A DNA stretch of 64,000 nt from Octopus sinensis (Eukaryota): the NCBI RefSeq assembly GCF_006345805.1, contig NW_021833055.1:1-64000 (forward strand), written 5' to 3'. A program made the position numbers and the translations under genes. The notes under the pieces were generated by a model. That model worked only from the letters and a program-made list of their open reading frames with translations, did not search any database and had not been told where the DNA came from. The number at the start of each line of letters is the position of its first letter. Position 1 is the first letter of the stretch. Below are positions 1 to 13,150 of the stretch, piece after piece.

Positions 1-583
1 ACTGTCTCGTGAAACCGCTCAGCAAAGGAAGACGAGAAAAAATTTTCAGATACACATTTACTGATCAAAAATGATTGGAATTATAATTCTTCCGGTTTGA
101 AGCACACATATACCACAAACAATAACTCGCAGACACACACAAGAGACTTCTATATATAAAATTATTTATATATGCGCGTGTATATAAATATATGTTTACA
201 TATGTTTAAATTTATAAAACGTACGTATATGTACGAAAGTCTTTTTAAACATATTTTAGTTATATAGTTATACATACATATATATGTGTTATACTTACAT
301 ACTTACATATGCATATATACTGATGTATGTATTTATGTATGAATGGATTTATATGTTACGTGTATATTTCCATGTATGTAAGTTCGCCTTGTCCAATTTA
401 TTCTTTAAATTACGTATAAACAATCTCTCCTGGGTCGTTTTCTTTCCTCCATCTGTTCCTGTTACTCTTTCTTTCATTTACGCTTTGTCTCTCACCATGT
501 ACACACACACACATACATATATATATGTATACATATGCATGTATATATATTTATATATGTATGCATGCATACAAATATATATA

Positions 584-619
<36 letters not shown>

Positions 620-620
<1 letters not shown>

Positions 621-745
621 GTATGTATGCATGCATGTATGTATGTACACATGTATGAATGTATGTATGTATGTATGTATGTATGTATGTATTATGTATG
701 TATGTATGTATGTATGTATGTATGTATGTATGTATGTATGTATGT
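620..745. repeat. (TATG)n microsatellite
   Basis: Long near-perfect run of gtat/tatg units; source of the MYVC-type ORFs in the track. Confidence 0.95.
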
Positions 746-1220
746 GTGCGTGATTCAATGCACAGAGATCTGTGATGCTGACACGAGGTCATTCTGGCTG
801 GCACAATACTAATACCACAACGTGAAATCAAAGCGAAAGAATAAGCACAAAAAAATGTTGTCAGAAGAGAGGTGTCAGCTTAAGTTTGATTTTAATTCGT
901 AAATTACTTACAGGAACTGTCAAAGACTTCTTCGAGAAACTAAGTTAAAAGATCGATCTGAAGAAACGAAAAGAAAACAAACACTTTAAATGGTTTTTAA
1001 ATTGCTTCCGAAATACATTAGATTGATTATAACGAAATGAATTTCTTTATATTCATACATATACACATATATATATACATATTTGTCTGGGTGTGTATGC
1101 ATGCGTGTATATATATATGTGTGTGTGGTGTGTGTGTGTGTGTGGTGTGTGTGTGCGTGTGTATACGTATGTATCTGATATGCACACACTCATACATGCT
1201 TCTAAATACATACATATATA

Positions 1221-1383
1221 GAGATACCCAGGCATGGCTGTGTGTTAAGGGGTTAAATTACGAACGACGTGTTTCCGGTTTCGGCCTCATTTGTAGCTCC
1301 TTGGGCGAGTGTCTCTCACGATGGCGTTAGACGAAACCGCAGTGAGAGATTTTCACAGATATAGACCGAAAGAAGCTGGTTGT
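1221..1383 (+). mobile_element. Degenerate SINE family A, 5' part
   Basis: gcatggctgtgtgttaag...ccttgggcgagtgtc...gtgagagatttt...gaaagaagc follows the order of motifs in intact family A copies (reverse complement of 3963-4375). Confidence 0.5.
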
Positions 1384-1484
1384 GTTATGACTGTGAGTCG
1401 TATGTTTACAAACACACCCACACAAACTTATATATATATAGAGAGAGAGAGTGAGAGAGAGAGAAATATTATATATATATATAA

Positions 1485-1520
<36 letters not shown>

Positions 1521-1533
1521 GATATGTGTGTAT

Positions 1534-1575
<42 letters not shown>

Positions 1576-1617
1576 ATATATACATAATATATATATATAT
1601 ATATATATATTATTATA

Positions 1618-1670
<53 letters not shown>

Positions 1671-1723
1671 TATATATATATGTATATATATATACATATA
1701 TATTATATATATGTATATATATA

Positions 1724-2100
1724 TTGGGTTCGCAAGAAAGTAATTTCGCGTTTTAGTGCGATGTAAAATTCTTTTGATACAAAGATTGTACTTTAATCAA
1801 TAATATATTTTCCATTCCGTTTGATGAACTCTGTCATCATTCTGTCAAATTCATGATTCTGCTCTCATTGAACTTCTGGTTCTTATGAGCCAAAAACTGA
1901 AGAAGCAAATGCGATTTTAGTAAGTTTTACCAACCAAAGAATTTCACAAACTTGCTCAATAAATGGTAATCCGATGACGTCGGCTCAGGGCTGTATGATG
2001 GATGCGACATCACCACAGAACCAAGCTCCAGTAGTTTTCCATGACTTAGCAAATAGGTCTGTATTTGCTGTTCGGGATTTCATTGTATGAAGATTAAGTG
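1724..2100 (-). mobile_element. Mariner transposon remnant (3' end with TIR)
   Basis: TIR-like TTGGGTTCGCAAGAAAGTAATTTCGCGTTTT starts at 1724 after TA. Minus-strand translation gives KLLELGSVVMSHPSYSPEPTSSDYHLL...KSHLLLQFLAHKNQKFNESRIMNLTE, matching the mariner HPPYSPDLAPSDYHLF C-terminal region, with stops. Confidence 0.85.
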
Positions 2101-2780
2101 AATATTTCTTCAAAATGTTCATTAGGATTATGGATCGCACTTCAAAGGTCAATCTATAAATTTTCTTTTTCATCTAAGAAAGTATTTAAAAGTGTATAAT
2201 TCTGTTCTTGAAGCCAGCTATGATGTAATGATTATTGGATCGTTCCATTCATTTGTAACAGATACAAGCGGTAACGTTCACCGACGTCCATATCCAAAAT
2301 AAAGAAAATCTACATTCATTGACTGTGAATTCCTTATTTTTAAAGCATCAATTACAATTCTTTTATTTTCTTGTATCATGAGAGGCCATAGAGAAATCCT
2401 GCGGTAGATTCCAAAAATAGTTGAATTTGAAAATTCCTCTCAACAAATTCCAATATATAAAATAGATATGTTATTGATACTTGTTGCCTCAGTATGGAAA
2501 ATAAGCTTATATTAAACATTTTGAAGCTAGAACGTTTGTGACGGGAATATTTAATTAATTTAGTATGAACGCAAGGCGGTGAGATTTTCGAAAAATTAAA
2601 CTCCTCGCTGAAAGATTTGCATTTGTGTTCTTCACTTCTGTTCAACGAAGTATCTAAATGCATTCACGCATACGCGTATTTTCAAACAAAAAACCTATTT
2701 TGTATACAAATATGTATATATACATCATGCATCTACACACATACACTTACACACACAAACACACACACACACCCACACCC

Positions 2781-2832
<52 letters not shown>

Positions 2833-2890
2833 TATATAATATATACGTATGAAGGTATAAGGTGAATGAAAATGTTATTTGCAACCAACA

Positions 2891-2984
<94 letters not shown>

Positions 2985-3918
2985 GTTAATTGCATTCATA
3001 AAACTGCCGGCGATGGTATATGTGAAAAATATACAAACATATTCATGTATGCATCATAAAATAATCCAAATCTTTTTAGCAGGGAATACTTATCAGGACA
3101 TAAGAAAAAGACAAATATTTCTTGAGAATCTACCTACTATATATATTATATATATATATATATATCTTTTGCATTATCAGTTACGTAGCCGTGAAGTTTA
3201 AAATACGTGTTCATATGATAAATATTGAAATGACAGCTTGTCATTCACAATCTTCCATATCAGGGAAGTAGTATTCATCGTGTAAGTGGGGGGGGGGGAG
3301 TTTAAATCTATAAAGAAGTCCGATAAGTTTGTAACTGCGAAATATAAGGGGAAAAATGTGTGGGACTAAGTCGTGGATGATTGGGTGATAAAAAATGATT
3401 GAAATTGTGTGAGTGTGGTGGAGTATTAGGTGGGTGATAAACAAGCGAGCTGACTGGAATGAGAAATAGTAATAAATAAGAAAGAATGATACCGGTGTTC
3501 GCGTCGGAGTTGTGTGTGCGTGGTTATCTTCCAGAAAAGAGAACAGAAATATTTTTTGCAAAGATTTTTAATACAATTTCGCCTTACGTATTCAAGAGTC
3601 TCTCGTGAACTCACTCTCACCGCTAAATCTCTCTTACCGTGTCTAAAACGTTTATATAATCTGTGTTTTCCTCATATTAAAACCCTATTCTTTTAACGAA
3701 AACTGAATCCATCCATCAATCCATCCATCCACACATACATAGATCGATACATACATACACACATACACACTTGTATACACATAGCACACATTTATTCAAA
3801 ATTATATATAACTACATGTATGTTCACAAAATATATATATATATGTATGTATGTAAGTGTGAATGTGAATGCGCTGAATTGTACCTGTGACTATATGTAC
3901 GTGTATGTTTGGTGTGTG

Positions 3919-3952
<34 letters not shown>

Positions 3953-3962
3953 TGTGCTCATA

Positions 3963-4375
3963 TACTCTTTTTACTCTTTTTACGTGTTTCAGTCATTTGA
4001 CTGCGGCCATGCTGAGCACCGCCTTTAGTCGAGCAACTCGACCCCGGGACTTATTCTTTGTAAGCCCTGTACTTATTCTATCGGTCTCTTTTGCCGAACC
4101 GCTAAGTGACGGGGACGTAAACACACCAGCATCGGTTGTCAAGCAATGCTAGGGGAACAAACACAGACACACAAACATATTCACACACACTTATATATAT
4201 ATACATATATACGACAGGCTTCTTTCAGTTTCCGTCTACCAAATCCACTCACAAGTCATTGGTCGGCCCGGGGCTATAGCAGAAGACACATGCCCAAGAT
4301 GCCACGCAGTGGGACTGAACCCGGAACCATGTGGTTGGTTAGCAAGCTACTTACCAAACAGCCACTCCTGCGCCT
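3963..4375 (-). mobile_element. Full-length tRNA-derived SINE, family A
   Basis: Minus strand: head ggcgcaggagtggctgtttggtaagtagcttgct, B-box-like ggttcagtccc, CORE-like cttgggcatgtgtcttc, internal TA/CA tract, tail gactgaaacacgtaaaaagagtaaaaagagta. Matches copies at 49381-49791 and 50361-50820. Confidence 0.9.
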
Positions 4376-5119
4376 ATGTGTATATTGTTTATGGTTCCTT
4401 TTTTCAGCCACGAGAGGAACAGGTAAAACCAGGACGTTAATGACAAAATCACTGGAGGTATATATATTATGCTAAGCATTTACATTATTACTCCCTTAAT
4501 TTGGAAGTGGTTTCACGATTATTCTACAAAACGCCCATAAATTTTCTCAGTATTTCCCGTTCCATTGATATTCCTATCTCTGGACTTCAAAGGAAGAGCG
4601 ATGAATCTCCACTTAGTTTAGTAAGAGCCATATAAATAGCATTTTGATTAGCTTTCGTTGTTGTACAATTTATTTCGAAACTATTATCTGAACTCACTTA
4701 ATCACAGAGCGGCTTACAATATTACAATTTCATATTTATCCCATTGCAAAATACGCAATATATGTACAGCAAAACGAAAGATAGGTTGGGGTTTTCACGA
4801 ATCAATGAAAAACTAATAAATGTAAACGATTCAGCAGATAAATATGAGATCAATCACTTTTTAATATTAAATTTAATGACATATTCTGTAAAATGACAGG
4901 AGCAATTTCAGAGATAGATTTAATTAGAAGCTTTCACAAAATCCGGCATGGACAGCGTTGCATTTTATCATTAATAGCTCTGTAGCTGTGGTATATAAGT
5001 TTGAGCTCAATCCCATGGCGCAGAACCTTATAAATCTGTATTTTTCAGTGGCCCCGGTCCTAACTTGTCGACAGATTTCGTAGACAGAATCTAAAAGAAA
5101 GTATATATATATATATATA

Positions 5120-5166
<47 letters not shown>

Positions 5167-5328
5167 ATGTGTGTATATGTGTGTGTATAATATATATTGT
5201 ATTATATATATATATTACATTATATATATATATATATATGGTGTATATATATACATATATATATATATAGAAATTTATATATACAAACATTTATTGTATG
5301 TATATGTATCTATACATATGTATATATG

Positions 5329-5360
<32 letters not shown>

Positions 5361-5361
5361 G

Positions 5362-5394
<33 letters not shown>

Positions 5395-5410
5395 TAATAT
5401 ATATATATAT

Positions 5411-5444
<34 letters not shown>

Positions 5445-6414
5445 CATGTGTATGTGCGTGTCTACTCAATCTGCAGCCAGTCAGGGATTTTGAAGAAGTT
5501 CTCTGTGCAAAATGCTGCAAGTTGGCCAGGAAACCATGGAGACACAAATGCGGAGAAAAAACATGCGACGAAATGTTTTTAAATACGTTTGAACAAAATA
5601 TGTTTGTAATATTTCCCATTTGTGATCGAAAACTTGAATCGTGCCATGAGAATTTGGCATTTACAGAAAAAATATATGGTTCCCAATCTAGAAACATACT
5701 AACGAATGTTCATTCTGATATAAAAATCAATGACTACTCGATAAAAATCGATCTCAAATCAGTGTTTTTTGTTCGCGTGGATAAACAGGACATCATATGA
5801 GTCTGTAGGCACGAAAATATATTTCTCTTCAGTTAAATATCAAAAATAAATAAATATAATAGCGTTAAACGAGCGGGATTTGATGACATTAATGCTTTAC
5901 AGTAACCGGAGCGCTATACAGTCGACATACGCAGGAAAACGTTTTTTTTACGCATGTTTAATCTGAAATAAAAATAGTAATATATTAGATATTTCGGAAT
6001 GTTTCTTGCATAGAAAGAAGAAAAACAGGCTTGAAATGTTATCTTAGTTAAATATCACAGTGTTAAAAATTGATGACAACTGTGGTGCGGAATTAGATAT
6101 CAATATGAATTTGAACACATGAATTTCAAGTTAAGAAGAAGTTTGCCTCGTAAACACCCGTCGTTCTGATGAAGAGGAAATGGCGGAAGAAAACATTAAG
6201 CGACTGACATACTATAGATATACAATGATTAATGTGTTGATATTGATGAGATATATTACAAGAAGACCATAGTCTGCTATAACATATATCTATACATTTA
6301 CCTAAGTGTATCTTCATATATATATATATATATGGGTGGGTGTGTGTGTGTGAGTGTTCGTATGTATGTGTGTAATATATATATAGTTATTTATTTATAA
6401 ATTTCGTATGTGTG

Positions 6415-6453
<39 letters not shown>

Positions 6454-7039
6454 GCATGCGTATATTCATCAGTATATACATATACACGCAACAAAACACA
6501 TGCGGAGCTGAATATCGCATAATTGTTTTTTTTTTCTTTTAAAACAACTCGTAGTTTTAAAACGATAAGAAAAGAAAAATGTTTTTCACTGAAATATATT
6601 TTCAATTTATTTTCAGGTTATCTGTCATTTTATGAGTAATAAATGTAAATAGAAATAGAGAGAAATTTAATCTTGACTAATTTTTTAAACAATTTTAATT
6701 CAACTAACTTTAAACATCTGTGATATTAAACAGATAAGAGCAATTTATTTTTTAAATGCAATATAATTTCAATTTTTTTAGCACGCACGTCTACTGGTTA
6801 CGTAAAACGACCAACATAGAATAGAAATTTCCATGTTTTAACTTCTTCATTGTTATCGACAATAATTATTTGAAACTTTGGGACAAGGCCAGTAAAATTC
6901 CTTCCGTAGATGACTACAGGAAAAACACTAGGAAAGCGTTCATGATATGAGCACATTCCTGTAGATATGTATATTGTGGTCGCGTTTGGATTTACCACCA
7001 GTTCGTAGCTTTTCAGCTTATTATTGTTATTACGTTTGT

Positions 7040-7240
7040 TCGGAAGGTAGTGAAGTTGACGGAATCATTCAAGTATCTGGCAAAATGCTTATTGGTATTT
7101 CGTGTGAAAATTTTTGTCCTAAGCTCAAATCCTGCAAATGCCAGTTTTGGCTTTTCTCTGTATACGTGCTAGTCCAGTACTGGAGTTGATGTAAAAAATA
7201 TACCCGTTCCCGCAAAATTGCTGTCCTTGTGACAAATTTA
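7040..7240 (+). mobile_element. Degenerate SINE family B
   Basis: ggcaaaatgcttattggtatttcg...ctcaaatcc...gtactggagttgatgtaa follows the family B motif order. Confidence 0.55.
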
Positions 7241-7300
7241 GAATTGTTGTTGTTGTTATATTTTGTACTATATATACATATATATACATATATATCAATG

Positions 7301-7588
7301 TGATCACGTGACCGTCCAGACCATCAGATGTTGCTACACACCGCTGGACACAATGCGCTTCGCATTGTTTTAGCCTTCGAAAGGCGCCACCCCGCTAGCT
7401 GAGCGAGCAGGCCAACAGAAGAAAGAGTGAGAGAAAGTTGTGGCGAATGAGTACAGCAGGGACCGCCCCACCACCCTGCCGGAGCCTCGTGGAGCTTTAG
7501 GTGTTTTCGCTCAATAAACACTCACAACGCCCGGTCAGGGAATCGAAACCGCGATCCTACAACCGCCAGTCCGCTGCCCTAACCACTG
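7301..7588 (-). mobile_element. tRNA-derived SINE family D (5' half shared with family C)
   Basis: Minus-strand head cagtggttagggcagcggactggcggttgtaggatcgcggtttcgattccctgaccgggcgt identical in layout to family C; distinct 3' half ending ggtcacgtgatca, also seen at 11296-11419. Confidence 0.85.
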
Positions 7589-7678
7589 TTTCTCAGTTTC
7601 AAAATATTTAAATGTGGAAATATTGAAATACCGCCTTCACTGTAATTTTCCTACAAATCATGTCAGAATGTTCATCCT

Positions 7679-7726
<48 letters not shown>

Positions 7727-8540
7727 TATGTGTGCGTATATGTGTATGTGTATGTGTGTGTTTGCCAGTGTATGTTTTGTACATACATCCGCATCTATGA
7801 ATATGCATGCATGTATTTATGTATGTTAGTATCTAATCTATGCATGTATGTAAGTATGTACGTATGTCTGTATGGATAGCTGTTTATTTGTATAGATACA
7901 GAGATATATCCTTACATCTCGTTTCTTTGTTGTCGGAATAGAAAGTTTTTCAGACCAGTTTAATTTTTTTCTCTTTTTACGCTTGACATTTGCCTTGTCA
8001 CTGCATTCTAAAGCATGTCATAATTATGCGTAAATATTTCTTGTCCCTTGAATTCTCACCGACGTTCAATAGATATTTTTTTTTTCATTATTTTCTTAAC
8101 CATCGACATTCTAAGATTTGCTCCTTGTGGATATTTTCTATAGAATATTTTTCCCAAATGTATTTGTTGCTGTTGCAGAAGAAATCACTACTTTTTTTTT
8201 TGTTCTTTTGTTGGCTTCCCAGGAATAAGCTGATTGCTGATTGTTAGACGTGTTTATATGTCAAACCTTTTTAAATGTTCCTATTTGTGCATTGATGATT
8301 ACGAATTGGAGATGTTGATACGAGTACGAAATTCTATATCTAGCTGGGCCATAGGATGGACAATATCGGTATTATAAGATCTCTCTCGCTCACTCGTTTA
8401 CTTGCATACATTTTGACTGTCATCCTTCTCTCTCTCTCTCCCTTTCTCTCTATATATGTATGTGTATGTATAAATTTATATATATATGTATATTTATGTA
8501 TGTATTATATATATATGTATTATTTATCTATCTATCTATG

Positions 8541-8585
<45 letters not shown>

Positions 8586-8608
8586 CTCTCTCTCTCTCTC
8601 TATATATA

Positions 8609-8655
<47 letters not shown>

Positions 8656-9300
8656 ATATATAAGCAAAAGTAACAGACTATCGATAGATTGAGAGATGTC
8701 AATACCTTACAGCTCTTAGAAACAGTTGTCGTGAACGGACATTTATCCATCGACTTGTATCTATTTATTTGCTACTAATGCACCAAAAGGGATCCATGAC
8801 CCGTCGGACATCCTAGAGTATCCCAAACACCATATGATCAATACAACGTTCGCTTTGGACCAGCCGCTAGACTTTAAGTACTCGTCAGATATATATTCTC
8901 TGTGCACACAACCTAGATATTTTACTAGATCTACTTCAATATTCTGTATCTTTACACGAGTGACGGGTTGCTTACCGTTCAATTCGACCAAGCCTATATA
9001 TATATATAATTTAATACCCGATTCTATCCTGAAAAAAAAAAAGCCAGAAATATATAGACATATATATTCAGCTTGTCAGAGCTTCCTAAAATTATAAAAA
9101 TGACGTCAGTCATTTTACTACAGTAGTCAAGAGCTCCACTCTGCTGTCAATAATTACAATTTGAAATCTGATGTTTACTACGAATGTATGAAAGCGCTAA
9201 CTGAACTTTATGAACATTACAATACATTTATTTTAAAGTTTAACACACTTCAAGAGATGGAAACCAGACCATGTTTTAACTGATATATATATATATATAT

Positions 9301-9420
9301 TATATTATATTAAATTAGAGATAAAACCACTATTAGGCAAATCATACAATGAAAAACTTAAGCCAATACATAAGATTAATTAATTTATATTATTTTAAAT
9401 ATTTATCAAACTTATTAAAA
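9301..9420. repeat. Single arm of the Penelope-like foldback repeat found at 44381-44793
   Basis: tatattatattaaattagagataaaaccactattaggcaaatcatacaatgaaaaacttaagccaatacataagatt is nearly identical to 44451-44530. Confidence 0.9.
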
Positions 9421-9620
9421 AAAGATAATGAGTATAACACTATATATACATATGCATACATACATACATATATAGAGCGTAGACACACTCAAGAAATTTG
9501 TTATATAACCGCAGCCGCATGGCTGAGACGCATAAAAGGTAACAGAATCAGAGAACACACGCACTCACTCACTCTTCCTCTCTCTCTCCCACACACACTC
9601 GCACAAACACACACAAATAT

Positions 9621-9761
9621 GCGTAACCGGTACTTTATTTATCGACCCCGGAAGGATGAAAGGCAAAGTTGACCTCGACGGAATTTGAACGCAGAACGTA
9701 ACGGCATACTTTATACGGCTACGCATTTCGCCCGCCGTGTTAACGATTCTGCCAGCTCGCC
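9621..9761 (-). mobile_element. SINE family B, 5' two-thirds
   Basis: Plus strand ttatcgaccccggaaggatgaaaggcaaagttgacctcgacggaatttgaac...ctgccagctcgcc is the reverse complement of the family B head and body. Confidence 0.85.
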
Positions 9762-11260
9762 ATATATATATGTATAGAATGAGAGAGTGAGACAGAGAGA
9801 AACTGTCCACATGTATTCTAAGCACAGGCTAGACTGTGCTCTATTCAAATATTTCGACGCTAGCTATTACTGCTAAAAATTAATATAATTCCATAATATT
9901 TCTCGACGAATATGGAATACTACAAACGAGCGGGGCAACATATTTTGCTGAGATTTTTGTCGTTATACTGCGATACACTGTGTTTGTAAGAAAAGGTGAA
10001 AAATGCAGGAAGTATGCATTATTAAATGGGCCAATGTGATCAAGTGTTTTTTTAATGACAGCGCGATGAAATGATTGTGAAATAAATATCATAAAGAAAA
10101 GAAGAAAGGAAAGAAGAGGACAACGAATTTATTAATGACGATAAGAATGGTAGAAACTAATTTGTAATATGTTGATATATTAATTTTGGCAAAACATATT
10201 AGTTGCTATTTTTGATGTTAATGTTATTTCGTACGCTTTCCGCCATGGCCGTTTAGCTGCATTTTCTCTTTCATATCATTTAGAAAAAGTGATGGACAAT
10301 TAAATGTGAGATGATTTATAAAATGAAACATAAACGATGAGAAATGCTATCAATATGGTATTTATAAAATATTGAATTCAGAATGATATTATGGTAACTA
10401 TTAGGTTTCATAGATAAAAGAGTTATTATGCGGATATTAAGAATTTTAAATACGTTATTGAATATTAAATTATAATACTGTTAGTTCTATCTTTGGTGTA
10501 CATTGTTAACATGAAATTTCAAAGATGTAGGGGTGGATATGAATTATTGTATTCATAGATAAGCAACATGAAATATTCTGATATTGTGGAAAACATGTCT
10601 CTCAGAATTTCAAATTCTTCTGCAAACAAATAATCAACTAAAGTACAATGTACAATGCTGACATTTTGTTAAAAAGTGATTTTCGCTAAAAAAATTACAA
10701 ACGGGGGAACTACAAAGGAGAGAAATTTAGCATTACCCTTACCAAATAAACACTTAAATATATTTAACTAGAGTCCAATTATAGTGTTTTATTCAACGCC
10801 ACTTAACTTCAAAGGAACATCTTTAAAATGAAAAAAAAAAGGAAACATCTATGAGAAAATCGCCACCGCCCCACAAACAAAGGGGGAAATGACAACGACT
10901 GATATTTGAGTTAATGAATCGAATTTCACAACTGATGCGAAATATCGAGTGAAAAATGAAATATATCAATGAGAAATATTAAGGCTCAACTCAAGAAAAA
11001 GCATACGAATATATCTCTCTCACATTATCTGTATATATAATTAGATAGGTATATCCCCCACGCACACACACACGTATGTTTGTGTTCAAAAACATATACA
11101 TACACATCAGAGTTGGTAGCAGTTTTGCTCCCTTGCTCGCAATTTTATTGAATGTAACTGCATCATTAACTGGCTATGGGAGATGACCTCTTGGGGTTAA
11201 AAAAATTGCAGTAGAGTCCACTGGATCTGACTGCCATGTTTAAATGACTACGAGCATATA

Positions 11261-11295
<35 letters not shown>

Positions 11296-11299
<4 letters not shown>

Positions 11300-11419
11300 C
11301 ACCGTGATCACCGTGACCGACCAGGCTATCAGATGATGCTACACATCGCTGGTCGCAATGCACTTCTCACTTCTTTAGCCTTCAAATGACGCCACCACGC
11401 TGGCTAAGCAAGCACGCAA
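11296..11419 (-). mobile_element. SINE family D, 3' fragment
   Basis: gtgaccgaccaggctatcagatgatgctacacatcgctggtcgcaatgc...ttagccttcaaatgacgccaccacgctggctaagc aligns with 7305-7410. Confidence 0.85.
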
Positions 11420-11453
<34 letters not shown>

Positions 11454-12395
11454 TTAGCGATATGGTGAGACCAAAGGAGGGTGCAATGCCTTCAGTTATT
11501 TGGGCAAAGTTAACCCATCGATCATATTGTCTTATAATTTGAGGTTACCGATGTTAGAAAATCGTGTCGTAGCTAACTTGAGAACTTTCGAGTAAGATAC
11601 GGAATAATTCTTGAAATATCTGATTCCAAATATCATCGTTCCAAATCACGTACCTTGTTACACGTGGTCACTTAAATACCACATAACCCCCGATTCTTTC
11701 TTTCACTCACTTTCTCTTTCTTTCTCTCACTCTGTACTTTTCCTTGTCACAATTTTCTGTCATGCACACATGGACACACATTCGAATGGAAAGACAAACC
11801 TCCAGAGGACAAACGTACGAAGATAAGAGACATATTTCTGTAATGTTATTTAAATATTCTTGAAAGGTTTATTTTCCCGACATAATTAATAATAGAATAT
11901 TTCTAAGATAACATTTCATTAATTTTTCAGTTGTTATTATTTAAATATAATATACGATGAACAGTGACATAAACCTTCATAGCATATTGCTTAAGGCAAC
12001 TTCAAAATTTATTTACATGATTGCGATGTTTATTATACTGCCTTTGTTTTTGTTTAGTTAGATAACAGGGTAAAGACATTACAAGGATAGGTAGAGCGGA
12101 TGATGAGAAAAATAAAATAGAATGAAATAAAATAAAATAAAATGGGATAAGATGTGATAGAGGAAAAATGTAATAAAATGAAGTGAAACAATACAGAAGA
12201 CAATAAAGGTAGTAGAGTACAATTTTGAATTTTCTGTAATAGGTTGGTGGAAACAAAATTTTAATGTTCGGGGACATGAAAGTTCCACAAAAAATATAAA
12301 GGAGTGCAGGTTGTTCCGCAAGAAATTGTGGAAAACCCATGTGCACGACAGTGAAGCCGAGAATATAACAACTGATTCCACGACACTTACATGTC

Positions 12396-12468
<73 letters not shown>

Positions 12469-12920
12469 TATGATCTGGTCGAATAAGTAGATATTGTTTT
12501 AAGGTCTCATGTTGATTTATATTATCTGATCCTCATATCTCTATGTGAAGAGAAATCGACGTTTTTTTCTTATGCAGTGTCTATAGATTTTATATGACAG
12601 TATGTTACCTCTCACAAATGATAACTTTGAATCATGCCAATACGTCAATGGCATCATAAATATATCATAATTAGCTCTGGAACCAGCAACTGTTATTTTG
12701 CAATACGATCGCCGACTTATAACGGTTATGACAAGGGATCACAAACTTCAGTGGACTCATGTATTAAGGACAAGTCTAAATTTAACATATCTTTCACACC
12801 ATTTTCTACTTTAATATAAAAGTATAGCAACGGTAATTCTGTACATGGGATAAGATGCGATAAAGAAGAGAAATGGAAGTAAATGAAGTGAAATAAATAC
12901 ACAACGCTATAAAGGTAGTA

Positions 12921-13150
12921 ATTGGCAGAAACGTTAGCGCGCCTGGCGAAATACTTACCGGTATTTCTCCTGCCGCTACGTTCTGAGTTCAAATTCCGCC
13001 GAGGTCGACTTTGCCTTTCATCCTTTCGGGGTCGATTAAATAAGTACCAGTTACGCACTGGGGTCGATGTAATCGAATTTATCCGTTTCTCTGTCCTTGT
13101 TTGTCCTCTCTGTGTTTAGCCCCTTGTGGGTAGTAAAAGAAATAGGTAAT
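12921..13150 (+). mobile_element. SINE family B, near full length
   Basis: tggcagaaacgttagc (A-box-like), gagttcaaattccgcc (B-box-like), body gactttgcctttcatcctttcggggtcgattaaataagtaccag, tail ttagccccttgtgggtagtaaaagaaata. Confidence 0.9.

Noticed and set aside
5440-5800. Unique-looking C-terminal half of the 213-aa ORF 5159-5800 ([21 protein letters not shown]...)
   Set aside because: The ORF start lies in a TA microsatellite, the Cys spacing fits no motif I recognise, and there is no convincing donor site.
8761-8991. ORF containing EVDLVKYLGC, reminiscent of the RT thumb motif FKYLG
   Set aside because: A single short motif with no flanking RT similarity.
10140-10635. Hydrophobic-looking plus frame suggesting a membrane-receptor pseudogene
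   Set aside because: At least eight stops and no recognisable receptor motif; AT-rich sequence yields I/L/F/N-rich translations by default.
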